Positions 16,201 through 22,660 of a DNA stretch of 34,269 nucleotides are shown here, piece after piece. A model generated the notes under the pieces. It was not told the DNA's origin. It worked only from the letters and a program-made list of their open reading frames with translations, and did no database searches. Positions within the stretch are counted from its first letter, which is position 1. Each line of letters begins with the position of its first letter. Both the position numbers and the translations under genes were made by a program. Source of the DNA: a virus (Duplodnaviria > Caudoviricetes); the IMG/VR virus record IMGVR_UViG_3300010148_000050, positions 1-34,269 of that record. One strand, given 5' to 3'.

Positions 16201-18120
16201 ACTTTTACCATCAGTAGCTGCACCTGTAGATGTATTAATAGTATATCTTTTACCTTCTATATAACCATATAATGTAGTATCATCAGTAGCTAAACCTTCA
16301 TAATCTTTACTTAAAGTGTTTGCTCCTACAGTAGCCCATGTACCTGGACCTGTATTTTTATATAGATCATCACCAGATGCCATATATAAAGTACTACCTA
16401 TATAAGCAGTATCTACTGCTACATGTGCTGTATTACCTGCAGTTTTAGTAGCCACTCCTGTAGCAATTACTATTTCTGCATAATTATAGTGAGGACCAGT
16501 TATTTCAACTACTCCATATAATTTAAGAGGATCCCCATTTTTACTAGATATAGATTTGAATCCTGTAATAGATGTACCACTTACAGTAGTACCTGCATCA
16601 ACATTTCCTGTAACAGGATCTATTTTATATATCTTTGGTGTAGCTCCTGTACCTGCTAATAAGTAAATAAAGTTAGTTTCTTTCTGTACTGCTATATTTA
16701 CTCTATTAGAAATAGAACTTACATCTGCAACTTTCGTAGCATCTAGTACTCCGTCTAGAACCCAAATAGATCCTAGTGTATCCATTATATACTCTTTCTG
16801 AGTATCACATGGAATTAATCTATGATAAGAAGTTGTTGCTGTTGTTCCTTCACCTGCCAGAGGTCTAGTAGGTGTACCTTTACCTATTGTATCTCCCGCA
16901 ACAGTTGTTGCAACAGTTTCAGTAAACTCTGAATTAGTAGGATCTGATGTATCCCTTATTACAGATAATGAATTAGTAGCATAAATATCATTATAGTCAG
17001 AACTATATCCACCTGAAGTTCCTACAACAGCTGGTTTTGTTAAATATATACGATCAGCATATGGATCTTTATACATACCAAATATGGCTTTATCAACATT
17101 ATTTCCTAAAGAACTCATAGATTTACCTACAGTCCCTTGAGCTGTAACAACATTACTAGCATTTAAAGTATACCAATTAACTCCTAAACCATTACTTGCA
17201 TCATATACTGGAACATATAATGTACTTGTATCAAAGTCCCATTCTAAATCATAACCTTTTAATCTACCATCATTTCCTTTTCCTGGAGATACAGGTCCTG
17301 CATCTTTAATTGGAACCGTAAAAGAATTAAAAGCAGAAAGTACACCTGTTGCAGGATTAAGATCATATACTTCTACTGTAGCAGTTGTAACAGGAGTTCC
17401 TGAAGTACCAACAGATGCTTGGTAAACAGTAGCCATTTTTGTATTATCTCCATTAAACTTAATGGTAGCATGATTAGCTGCATCATTATTTGCATAAACA
17501 TTACCTATAGCAGTTGTAACTAAAGAACCAAATACAGGAAGATGTGAAGATACACCTGTTATTAAAAAGACCTCATGTCTATTAGAACCTTTTAAATGTG
17601 TCATAAAACCATACTGACTTGTAACTGAACTATAGAAAGCATTAAACCTATCAGTAGTTGCGCCTGATACAGCTACAAAACCAGCAGCTGAACCACCACT
17701 AGTTATAGTTTGATTCTGAGCTACTGTTCCACGACCACTATTACCAGTCATGAGAACATTATGCACATAGATTTTTCCGTTTGCAGGATTATGTGTTAGT
17801 ATCCACCAATAATGAGTTTCACTACTTTTAAGAATTACAGCTGTTTGAGCTGATTTATTATCACCATTTAATCCATTTAAAGTACCACCATTCATGATAG
17901 CACCAGTAGAATCATATACAGTTTTACCATCTGTATAGAATAATAAATCACCTGCAGAATAAGATACACCAGGGTTATAAGCCGCATCAGTTGCTACTGA
18001 CGCAGTACCCGCAGGAGCACTAAATGCTGCTGGAGTACTGGATAAAACAGGAGGATAACTATCGTTATCTTGTTTTACACTATTACCTAATACTAATTTT
18101 TTCCACTTTTCTGCTGCCAT
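7300..18120 (-). CDS. Giant (3606 aa) Cys-rich multidomain protein, probable tail fibre/adhesin: beta-propellers, CxxC modules, metzincin Zn-protease, GCTD-type repeats, vWA-like C-terminus
   Basis: Uninterrupted ORF in the tail region; HEILHSFGFHH (HExxHxxGxxH) plus a DAIMAP Met-turn; recurring [YF]xLxxC...C[YFW]xV...CxxC units; six CxDxxAxN[YF]-type repeats; two copies of a [LM]FY[TS]DGxxVY propeller start. Confidence 0.8.
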   Translation of the reverse strand: MAAEKWKKLVLGNSVKQDNDSYPPVLSSTPAAFSAPAGTASVATDAAYNPGVSYSAGDLLFYTDGKTVYDSTGAIMNGGTLNGLNGDNKSAQTAVILKSSETHYWWILTHNPANGKIYVHNVLMTGNSGRGTVAQNQTITSGGSAAGFVAVSGATTDRFNAFYSSVTSQYGFMTHLKGSNRHEVFLITGVSSHLPVFGSLVTTAIGNVYANNDAANHATIKFNGDNTKMATVYQASVGTSGTPVTTATVEVYDLNPATGVLSAFNSFTVPIKDAGPVSPGKGNDGRLKGYDLEWDFDTSTLYVPVYDASNGLGVNWYTLNASNVVTAQGTVGKSMSSLGNNVDKAIFGMYKDPYADRIYLTKPAVVGTSGGYSSDYNDIYATNSLSVIRDTSDPTNSEFTETVATTVAGDTIGKGTPTRPLAGEGTTATTSYHRLIPCDTQKEYIMDTLGSIWVLDGVLDATKVADVSSISNRVNIAVQKETNFIYLLAGTGATPKIYKIDPVTGNVDAGTTVSGTSITGFKSISSKNGDPLKLYGVVEITGPHYNYAEIVIATGVATKTAGNTAHVAVDTAYIGSTLYMASGDDLYKNTGPGTWATVGANTLSKDYEGLATDDTTLYGYIEGKRYTINTSTGAATDGKSITINSSTGTWNYTAQGAGIVNVAYIDTNNALLSPHEGDVVTVANYAGCFTVWFAVSGSATVGDILSVSPDCGSCSEIESDHYCKLLVSCCDSGYKGLGFTREIVGTSDDSTCKVGSYYEITDNAQNNDQLNRCVEVQSSDDSLYIIGDSNGYKVDLTTGILDTQPIIGGTDIAFNKHGVGFIPRGSSLYYTIPANGVVPGGSSTTITVPQSTTVSFNYSDELITGGVVSGVTQVSRNSINKKGVLTTINTLTNTTVQLTGDLAVDKITGEYYCIGDSSPTATPVYNDLFKLDPSTLTHTVIADLTSTLSLNANQTVKAIEIVKDSCFVLVWDSNNFASTLYKIVKDTGALISTLPVIKSDGDTKFRFPPSGLGYNNPCLYWDSGAFKLVNYSSCSTCFASTTSKNCCYELVDCATGASTITRTDVSAYLGQVIVTDSPGKCYTVYTYDNSITCSGVDVNVTSQYTDCVSCTGVQTKCYRLLKCGDPTSDPKYTTEALTKNIKVKRGKTVQLEGELFCRSVDDLGNAVDLVSASAQTIKTTKKSCNTCNFYLKLKQCKAQNIVRYVDYASSTTLHGHIGTGAVKIQDLGKGENGHCWEIDSTIYGPTPTLRPTAQLVLSAPDCITCNAQNNEAVAPAFVKINGCCSDLNPGQDFGIQEYYTTDSNLLAALLSGDLVFWGNLTDPNGNLLEAQCFKIEMSPFPIATNQLSQVQIDGTSSDADKCLSCDPFYVANCQTVTSTNSTMMLSCFADQPVSVFNSTFSSVDDDANRAFNFVETDLITGCWKRCVTADYIHGANWLWGKSSLLTWQNSMGIATPSTAISPTNMGTIDANLNDNNFFTKFGSTVHSAHEPVTIGGKEYTRGAIMFYSDGRFVYNSSHLTMTGSTSGGSQLLNGGVSPGGNLQYASQQCITVPKPDSDRFPGSTTYKQYYLIYQRPGNLRPQYAVINMDTADGLGEIISYNQELPYLPGSTMYSTERLTVTSRPAIADSDEDFYWVLDVIPYDPPTGLVMVPSPPGKIRARRVDSTGIGQPVITSMSGSINDLPGKIDGDRQNLSEWARIKVSPNNSHIAITGNKLGIGWTQLYTFDENTGECVAIWQDIVAEGMSTCGGDLPPGEGNEGFLPFTHGVEFGDNALFTYKSGMSFTHAYQCNEYMGDLFGELGMTWVNNGGIWESQTSVNTLGMGLPATSKPILSWVNLDTLAEGQQTQDIDQYLPSVGSTLFKVSNPSTRLQNQIPGDLDFNPQWCADGFIEKPNVIRPLLQASIVTDLHRGPDGALYAGLVLGNSSGSISNQVNWRQTFLGIGELTPEYDFTFQGAANTSEWNPQLDGNSSQRIASTRCLRKFNISNILNGDLITPSINDAEMDGYVLPSGDAAHLIRRQVLANDSTIDFGFPQFIKRRCFSDDNNALALTIQNDNFSCATSNLFGECFNLPDNPDVFKIVNCGQSSEGCASANDCQDFTPGTAIQLDGESQRFGMTEYLNQDIWDAVQQLASGPQAVYMTYSFPREGSITPSSYYSSACIGESPGAGDFASGQFTIPKHESGPTTDNAQGNGSNGVIYDKTYTITEAQFRAEVGKAFAQVSQLFESTFSPQNGYPNQLTLRFTDLGKETGTDSALPTSDLDNWSTSAPIGFTTTTGASGVGDFRIWMGRRSDWCYTNGGNPGGFQTSGCTGCNYTGSASGALAWATGPSMFNVTAGYDGTSGTYNTDSSTAFRTNGSQNIIFDVNENWRKTTDTQVFGTIEILRVGIHEILHSFGFHHAYESMALQPNCQGTTGSGTTGSFVAQGGFTCSENGIYNTGCNANPGSFGDPDAIMAPTADSTSFTSIYAPGEDTAYDPTACYMSGGSAAAIQDRTMVCQIYGFGLGDAPDTFCEPFDCPLCVSQFYYSDDELFWPYVGEAGNNTSFTWDPGTGLSCWYAELAGTLPEGESLTTITPVAGYIDCDACNVQFQDPRWRLVLCDECPENAGNGAPGEIITSTNMNVHCTPGALDDDPSISDVLELVGYIGCYKVDCEYDPYLDYQTVAVPVVVSQIQDNCDTCCNATVTQCYTVTQCADTNPISFVMIGDQYWGGISDLGDYVFKFEQLPADVLALGLTNDDCFTVAYCGQCNQTTCNPLIGPGLLTVIESWPGCYSCLYENPNQDCFTLVCCDSSGDQLINVLPNADLNSAFASGSVVRIDQYPDSQGNPRCWNIETQDICNPEIAVTVSDIFVNCGFCTAGSSIGGCTDPSALNYCPGCVTCLSQTGVLNDCCIYEGCPLSCQDPTATNYNPNNTCDCSGVEGGSDTSCCSYPGVVIPPDGIEVTYEKDCVNCLDWTTVDKVFTNAGELCGSCFPPKGLTLREYDCNLSNVETIIPPIEVPGGCTNPDALNYDAAAEWDDGSCYYTSACTDPNACNFDPSAVENIPGECIYPGQCGCQDFTDSCVGCLDLTACNYCADCTVADNSLCEYASCYGCTDPEAENYCPECIMCPDAACCASNVQSCLDNRNIYVFYDMTSIYPSTSGEVKLQACADLRNLVEAAMAQILDDNNITNFSGNIYHLPVGYSWFGKITVTNWKNSSTDPANWDAYETPTSGTQDSNRSAYWWQNVYTASTFSIDFPGANDVLANYDNQMGQLLTGGSERWIKWMMYPIHGNSPSLHPNLRIPFSTVNDVYKTTGEETPDLTDSARLLIKSMNSNGLDQNGNYVNNLPGTQLNPFNDPPGEEGFSDVYHAFEGGDTNAICLMFVDESNPVYHTQENLEFNSSTLQTWQNECGPGILNNSTGSSGNASWYGTGDAVDVYDTYITTPLCIDHTRFTEAWNYGYDTNGAASMTIKHANGPIGTGYANGNFNAIIFPTKMSGTPGGLNNQMFCSTLYGVVGQGNPSELGHISCADFIDLPWTSACASMAPYTDTNFPNPYSWLGNSNVTTALHDGSTIPPGRYSSQGFSLANYGVTFKIPGAGQEFLTISQDDLADAILQGLLCNNEG
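8812..9531 (-). repeat. Six GCTDPxAxNY-like protein repeats in the giant protein
   Basis: GCTDPSALNY, SCQDPTATNY, GCTNPDALNY, ACTDPNACNF, GCLDLTACNY, GCTDPEAENY. Confidence 0.85.
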
Positions 18121-18123
18121 TTC

Positions 18124-18858
18124 TTATCCTATTAAATCATAACATGTTAATTCTATCCATACTTTTGCTGTAATACCATTTGGAGATTGTGTTGCTTCAT
18201 GAAAATATGATTGATTGTCTGAGCCAACAGCACAAATATAATATCTATCAGTACCTGATTGATCCACACCATTTCCACCTCCCATAAATTTTACTATATC
18301 TCCACTATTATATGTATACCCAGGAGCCCAAATTAATTGACCTCTTGCTTGCCATGCTACTTTAGTATTACCACAAACGCTCCAAGCATTTACAGCTATA
18401 GCATTTTCCCAACATGGTATCTTTAAAACATATTCTTCACAAGTTTGTCCTAAAACTTCTTGACAAGTATCACAATCTATTACTAGACCATTCTGTAAAC
18501 TAGGATTACTAGCATCCATCCACCTCATATATAAAAACTCATCAGTTCCTATTGCTGCATATCTAGGATATACTTTTACAACTTGATCAAAAGTAAATCC
18601 TGATGTAGGTATATCGGTATGATATACTAAAGATCCTGAAGCTACCCATTCATTTTCACAATCACATCCGTCACTTACTAAACATTCTAGCATTTCAATA
18701 TATGCTCCTAATAATTGAACATTACATTTTTCATTTTCACAAGGTTTACCATACTTTTGTTTATCTACTAGTTTAGCAGTTTTTTCTGCAAAACAACACT
18801 TAAGTTTGTTTAACCTATGTTTTATATCATATACCGTATATTTACCTAAAGTACTCAT
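18124..18858 (-). CDS. Cys-rich putative tail hub/fibre-adaptor protein with a CBM5/12-like C-terminal motif
   Basis: 244 aa; helical KCC-containing N-terminus; WAPGYTYNSGDIVKF...YYIC resembles the WxxxxxYxxGDxV chitin-binding-module motif. Confidence 0.5.
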   Translation of the reverse strand: MSTLGKYTVYDIKHRLNKLKCCFAEKTAKLVDKQKYGKPCENEKCNVQLLGAYIEMLECLVSDGCDCENEWVASGSLVYHTDIPTSGFTFDQVVKVYPRYAAIGTDEFLYMRWMDASNPSLQNGLVIDCDTCQEVLGQTCEEYVLKIPCWENAIAVNAWSVCGNTKVAWQARGQLIWAPGYTYNSGDIVKFMGGGNGVDQSGTDRYYICAVGSDNQSYFHEATQSPNGITAKVWIELTCYDLIG

Positions 18859-19847
18859 TAAGATATTTTCATTATAAAAGCAAGTGCATAATAAGGAGGA
18901 ATGTTATTAAAACAATCCCCAAAATCAGGAGAACCCAAATCTGGTTGTCCATCTCCTGTATCCCCATCCATATTTACATCATGAATATGAGCTCCACATC
19001 TAGGATCATTATCTCCAGTACATTCACTACCACTACTAGGATCTAATGTAATTCTAAATGTAGGATTACTTACACCACCACATTCACTACAATTCCAGTT
19101 ACTAGCTGCAGCAAAATCTTCAGAACCTCCACCAAATATATTTGCAGGAACGTTTGCTGTAAAATCAGCAGCCCAGTGATGATAATGAGCACCTCCTTGT
19201 GAAAGAGATATATCTACATTATCTAAACTATGGATATGTGCTGGAATATTATTTGGAGCTAAACATGTAAAAGGAAATCCTCCTACGTCACCTACATTTG
19301 GCCATAAAGGATTATTATTTGCATCTAGTGCAGGTGGAGCACCCGCAGCTTGATCAGGCATAACTATAAATCTACCTCTAAGATCTGGAGTACCATTAGT
19401 ACCATCACATATAGCCCAGTTAGGTAATCCATCTATATCACTAATTGATCCTGACCACATAACAATAATACCTGGAGGAAGACTACCAGAATTACCACCC
19501 CCTTCTTCAATTATATTTGTTATGTTTCCTGCTATATAAGTTTGACTACATGGACTTGGAGCTGGACCTGTTTCTATAACAATATCTCCTTCAACTGCAA
19601 ATCCACTGTCTACAGTTTCTCCTCCTTCTGCTAAGTATACATTTAAAATAGAACATCCGTTGACACCATCTTCACCGTTAGTTCCAGGTGCACCATCAGC
19701 ACCTGCAGGACCCATTGGACCTGTTGGACCTTGAGGTCCTGTATCACCTACGGGTATATCACACCCATTAGATTCTGCACATGATTGACAATCACATGCG
19801 CACAGATTTGGATCTGCACATCCATTTTCACAATTTTCACATGCCAT
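18858..19847 (-). CDS. Tail fibre protein: Cys-rich N-terminus, collagen-like segment, tail-collar domain, HxH tip
   Basis: Ten Gly-X-Y triplets; LPPGIIVMWSG...WAICDGTNGTPDLRGRF tail-collar signature; HIH, HYH and HIH motifs; C-terminal NNIPPYYALAFIMKI. Confidence 0.85.
   Translation of the reverse strand: MACENCENGCADPNLCACDCQSCAESNGCDIPVGDTGPQGPTGPMGPAGADGAPGTNGEDGVNGCSILNVYLAEGGETVDSGFAVEGDIVIETGPAPSPCSQTYIAGNITNIIEEGGGNSGSLPPGIIVMWSGSISDIDGLPNWAICDGTNGTPDLRGRFIVMPDQAAGAPPALDANNNPLWPNVGDVGGFPFTCLAPNNIPAHIHSLDNVDISLSQGGAHYHHWAADFTANVPANIFGGGSEDFAAASNWNCSECGGVSNPTFRITLDPSSGSECTGDNDPRCGAHIHDVNMDGDTGDGQPDLGSPDFGDCFNNIPPYYALAFIMKIS
19659..19748 (-). repeat. Collagen-like (Gly-X-Y)10
   Basis: GDTGPQGPTGPMGPAGADGAPGTNGEDGVN. 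Confidence 0.9.
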
Positions 19848-19858
19848 TAAAACTTATA

Positions 19859-20464
19859 TTATGAGCACGTATTACACGGGCCCTTGTAATTACACAATCT
19901 ACTAACTTGCTTAAATATCTTGTCGGCTTTTGTAATACTCCCACAAGATGAAGCATATAGCATAGCTTTATATAATGTATAAGCTTCTAATGCATTTTGT
20001 TTTTCTGAATCGCACGGACAATCTTCGCACATGTCTAATGCTGCTAACATTTTATGTACACAACATTTAATTGTACTATAACAAAATATAAACTTACGAG
20101 CTGTTAACCAAGTACCTGCACCTCCCTGTTCTGCTACTAAAACTCTATATTCTATTTCATATAAACCCTGCGTCATTGTTGTATTTGCAGTACCACCTAA
20201 CATACTCATATTAATCATAAAAGAATTATTACTCGCATTAGGTAAAGCACTACCTATTATAGGAAGATCTAAATTATAATTAGTACCTGATGGGTCTATT
20301 ACATTTATTTCTACATCCTGAACATCTGATAATGCAAAATTAGGATCACCCCATCCTGTTGTATTTGTAACTGGATCATATGCACCTGTTGTATCTGTAA
20401 ATACTATGTTTTGTGAATCGCAAGATTCGTTTGCCGAAAAACTAATTTTTGGTAAAGCTGCCAT
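19859..20464 (-). CDS. Putative tail hub protein (Ig-like N-terminal domain plus Cys-rich helical C-terminus)
   Basis: 201 aa; DTTGAYDPVTNTTGWG and GLYEIEY beta-sandwich motifs followed by KCC/CxxC helices; position after the capsid accessory genes, as for crAss hub proteins. Confidence 0.5.
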   Translation of the reverse strand: MAALPKISFSANESCDSQNIVFTDTTGAYDPVTNTTGWGDPNFALSDVQDVEINVIDPSGTNYNLDLPIIGSALPNASNNSFMINMSMLGGTANTTMTQGLYEIEYRVLVAEQGGAGTWLTARKFIFCYSTIKCCVHKMLAALDMCEDCPCDSEKQNALEAYTLYKAMLYASSCGSITKADKIFKQVSRLCNYKGPCNTCS

Positions 20465-20487
20465 TAACTATACTATATTTAAATATA

Positions 20488-20514
20488 GGTAGGGGAGATT
20501 GCTCCCCCCTTACC
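20488..20514 (-). terminator. GC-rich hairpin after the capsid gene cluster; probable weak intrinsic terminator or RNA-stability hairpin
   Basis: Minus strand GGTAAGGGGGGAGCAATCTCCCCTACC followed by TATATTT; stem GGGGAG/CTCCCC in an otherwise AT-only spacer; poor U-tract. Confidence 0.65.
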
Positions 20515-20532
20515 CATAAAATTATTTATCTA

Positions 20533-20910
20533 TTACCCATAAACGTAACAGATAGTTACATCATATTCTCCTGATTGAATACCACTACCAGACGCTGTAA
20601 AATTAATTAAGCCTCCGCCAGTACCCATAGCTGTTGCCACTAGTGGAACTGATACCATTTTATCAGCTGCATTTAATAGTGATCCCGATGCAATATCACC
20701 TGTTATTTCTACAGATCCAACCTTTACCCTTACGTTTACAGATTCACTACTTCCCGCTTTAGCGTGAATGAAGCATCCTGTAACTATAGCATTAGCTGGT
20801 ATAGATGTTGCTGTTGTATAAGCTGTTTGGAGTCCAGTTGAATGTAATACATTTGCTGTAGTACATTTAATCTCTCCTTGAGCTCCTACTGTTTTTGTTG
20901 TTACTGCCAT
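20533..20910 (-). CDS. Small beta-rich putative head decoration/fibre protein
   Basis: 125 aa; IPANAIVTG jelly-roll-like motif; last gene before the hairpin, so grouped with capsid genes. Confidence 0.5.
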   Translation of the reverse strand: MAVTTKTVGAQGEIKCTTANVLHSTGLQTAYTTATSIPANAIVTGCFIHAKAGSSESVNVRVKVGSVEITGDIASGSLLNAADKMVSVPLVATAMGTGGGLINFTASGSGIQSGEYDVTICYVYG

Positions 20911-20942
20911 TATATTATATTTTTAAAAAGTTAAACAATTAA

Positions 20943-21929
20943 TTAAAGTGCCAAAGGAGCAAAACTACCTGGACATGATGCGAACCAACCATTTAGAACA
21001 TTTTCTAAAAGAGCTTGCTGACCTGCACCTCCATTTTCCATTGCTACAATAGTCATTTCTGGACTAGCTATGTCTTTATTAAGATTAGCCGATGCGTGTA
21101 CATCAGTGTAAGATATAGCATACATATCATATGTATCTCCTGCAACAGCAAATACTGGATAAGATGGTACTGGAAACTTCATTAAGTTATTAATACCCTC
21201 CATTCCAAGTTGTGCTCTTTCAAGATCAGATACATGCTCATACGTACCTACACCGTAAATTGGTACAGCAGAGTTACCCGTTCCATCAGTTGTAATTAAT
21301 GTAGTACCTCCATCAATGAATGCACCATCTACTACAACTTTAAATGTAACTTGTTCGTAACCATCTATTACTTTATAAGTTTGCGCTTTACCTGTTATTG
21401 TTATTCCTCTATTTGTACCAGTAGTGTTTATAGTTACAGTATCTAACAAATCTTTACAGATAGAATCTGCTTCAATTTGTGCTTTAAAATCAGCTGCTAT
21501 TTCTGCTTCTGTAGCAGTAGCATCTGAAGTATAACTAAATCTTCGTACAAATTGTCTTTCTGATCCTTGTACTTTATCAAACTTGAATATAATACTAAGT
21601 CTATATTCAGCTGAATTGTTAAGTAAAATAGAGCCTGAAGCTGTATTATACCCAACAGCTACAGCTTGTTGAGTAGCGCCAACATAAGATTGACCTGTGT
21701 ATTTTTGTACATTAGCACCTTCTATTTTTGAAGACCATCTTACTTTTCCAGCTCCATCAATACCTTGTACTAAATATATATAAGGAGCATCAGCAATAGT
21801 TTCACCAGGTAACAAAAAAGTCATATCTGGTTTTACTGCTGCGATTTCTCCTATCGCTAAACCGGCAATATTAGCAGCACCTCCTGCTACATTTTTACCG
21901 ACTAAAATTTTATAATTTTCGTGTCTCAT
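20943..21929 (-). CDS. Auxiliary capsid protein (conserved crAss-like capsid-block gene)
   Basis: 328 aa, Ala/Gly/Thr-rich beta protein; size and position (third gene after MCP) match the crAss auxiliary capsid gene. Confidence 0.6.
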   Translation of the reverse strand: MRHENYKILVGKNVAGGAANIAGLAIGEIAAVKPDMTFLLPGETIADAPYIYLVQGIDGAGKVRWSSKIEGANVQKYTGQSYVGATQQAVAVGYNTASGSILLNNSAEYRLSIIFKFDKVQGSERQFVRRFSYTSDATATEAEIAADFKAQIEADSICKDLLDTVTINTTGTNRGITITGKAQTYKVIDGYEQVTFKVVVDGAFIDGGTTLITTDGTGNSAVPIYGVGTYEHVSDLERAQLGMEGINNLMKFPVPSYPVFAVAGDTYDMYAISYTDVHASANLNKDIASPEMTIVAMENGGAGQQALLENVLNGWFASCPGSFAPLAL

Positions 21930-21961
21930 TATAAATCATTTTTAAATATTAAACATTAAAT

Positions 21962-22660
21962 TTATTCTTGAGATATAGCTTCAACCATATGAGTTTGAAA
22001 TCTAGGGTTAGCTGTATTTTCTAATGCCATTCCAACCGCCATGGTTACAATTTCATCATGAGTATGATCAGCTAATTCGCAATCATTATTGTTAACTAGA
22101 TTTATCTGTTCTGGTCTCTTTATATATCTCAACAGATACCTATTAATATCATAAGTACCATCTCCTATTAACTCAACATTTCCTCCGTGCATAAGTCTAA
22201 CAATTTTATTTTTGTCAGGCTTATTAAACGGATCCCCAATGATTTTATTATAATCATCGTGTTGAATGGGTTTTACGTTTTTCCTTTTATATACTGTATT
22301 GTTATCACAATTTTGCCAGCTAACTTCACATTCTTCATTAACTGCAAACCAATATATAGGAAATCCACCAAACGTACCATCGGGTAAAGTAAATAATACT
22401 CCATTTGGCTTTACCGGGGTTTGTGTGGCAGCAGGAATTAATGTAACTTCCTGCACAACTTCACGTAAATCATCAGTTCTTTTTTGAGTTTCTTCAAAAG
22501 TTTCTCTTTTGACATCATGTGAATATCGTGTTTTTACAAATTTTTCTTGGGCTTTATTAAGCCAAAGATCAACTTCTTCAGGTTCAAAGTTAGGGTAGTT
22601 AAGACTATCAGTCTTATCTAACCCCACCTTGAATTGTATATGCATTTCCGCTACAGTCAT
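21962..22660 (-). CDS. Head-tail ring/connector protein (conserved crAss-like gene)
   Basis: MTVAEMHIQF..LDK...FEPEEVDLWLNKAQ, FEETQKRTDDL, YLLRYIKRP, CELADHTHDEIV..AV signature. Confidence 0.75.
   Translation of the reverse strand: MTVAEMHIQFKVGLDKTDSLNYPNFEPEEVDLWLNKAQEKFVKTRYSHDVKRETFEETQKRTDDLREVVQEVTLIPAATQTPVKPNGVLFTLPDGTFGGFPIYWFAVNEECEVSWQNCDNNTVYKRKNVKPIQHDDYNKIIGDPFNKPDKNKIVRLMHGGNVELIGDGTYDINRYLLRYIKRPEQINLVNNNDCELADHTHDEIVTMAVGMALENTANPRFQTHMVEAISQE

Noticed and set aside
9546-16830. Multiheme cytochrome reading of the many CxxC motifs
   Set aside because: The CxxC motifs are not followed by His (no CxxCH), and there is no signal peptide.
7300-19847. Diversity-generating retroelement or invertible tail-fibre cassette
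   Set aside because: No reverse transcriptase or recombinase in the window, and no near-identical nucleotide repeat pair noticed. A template repeat elsewhere in the genome cannot be excluded.
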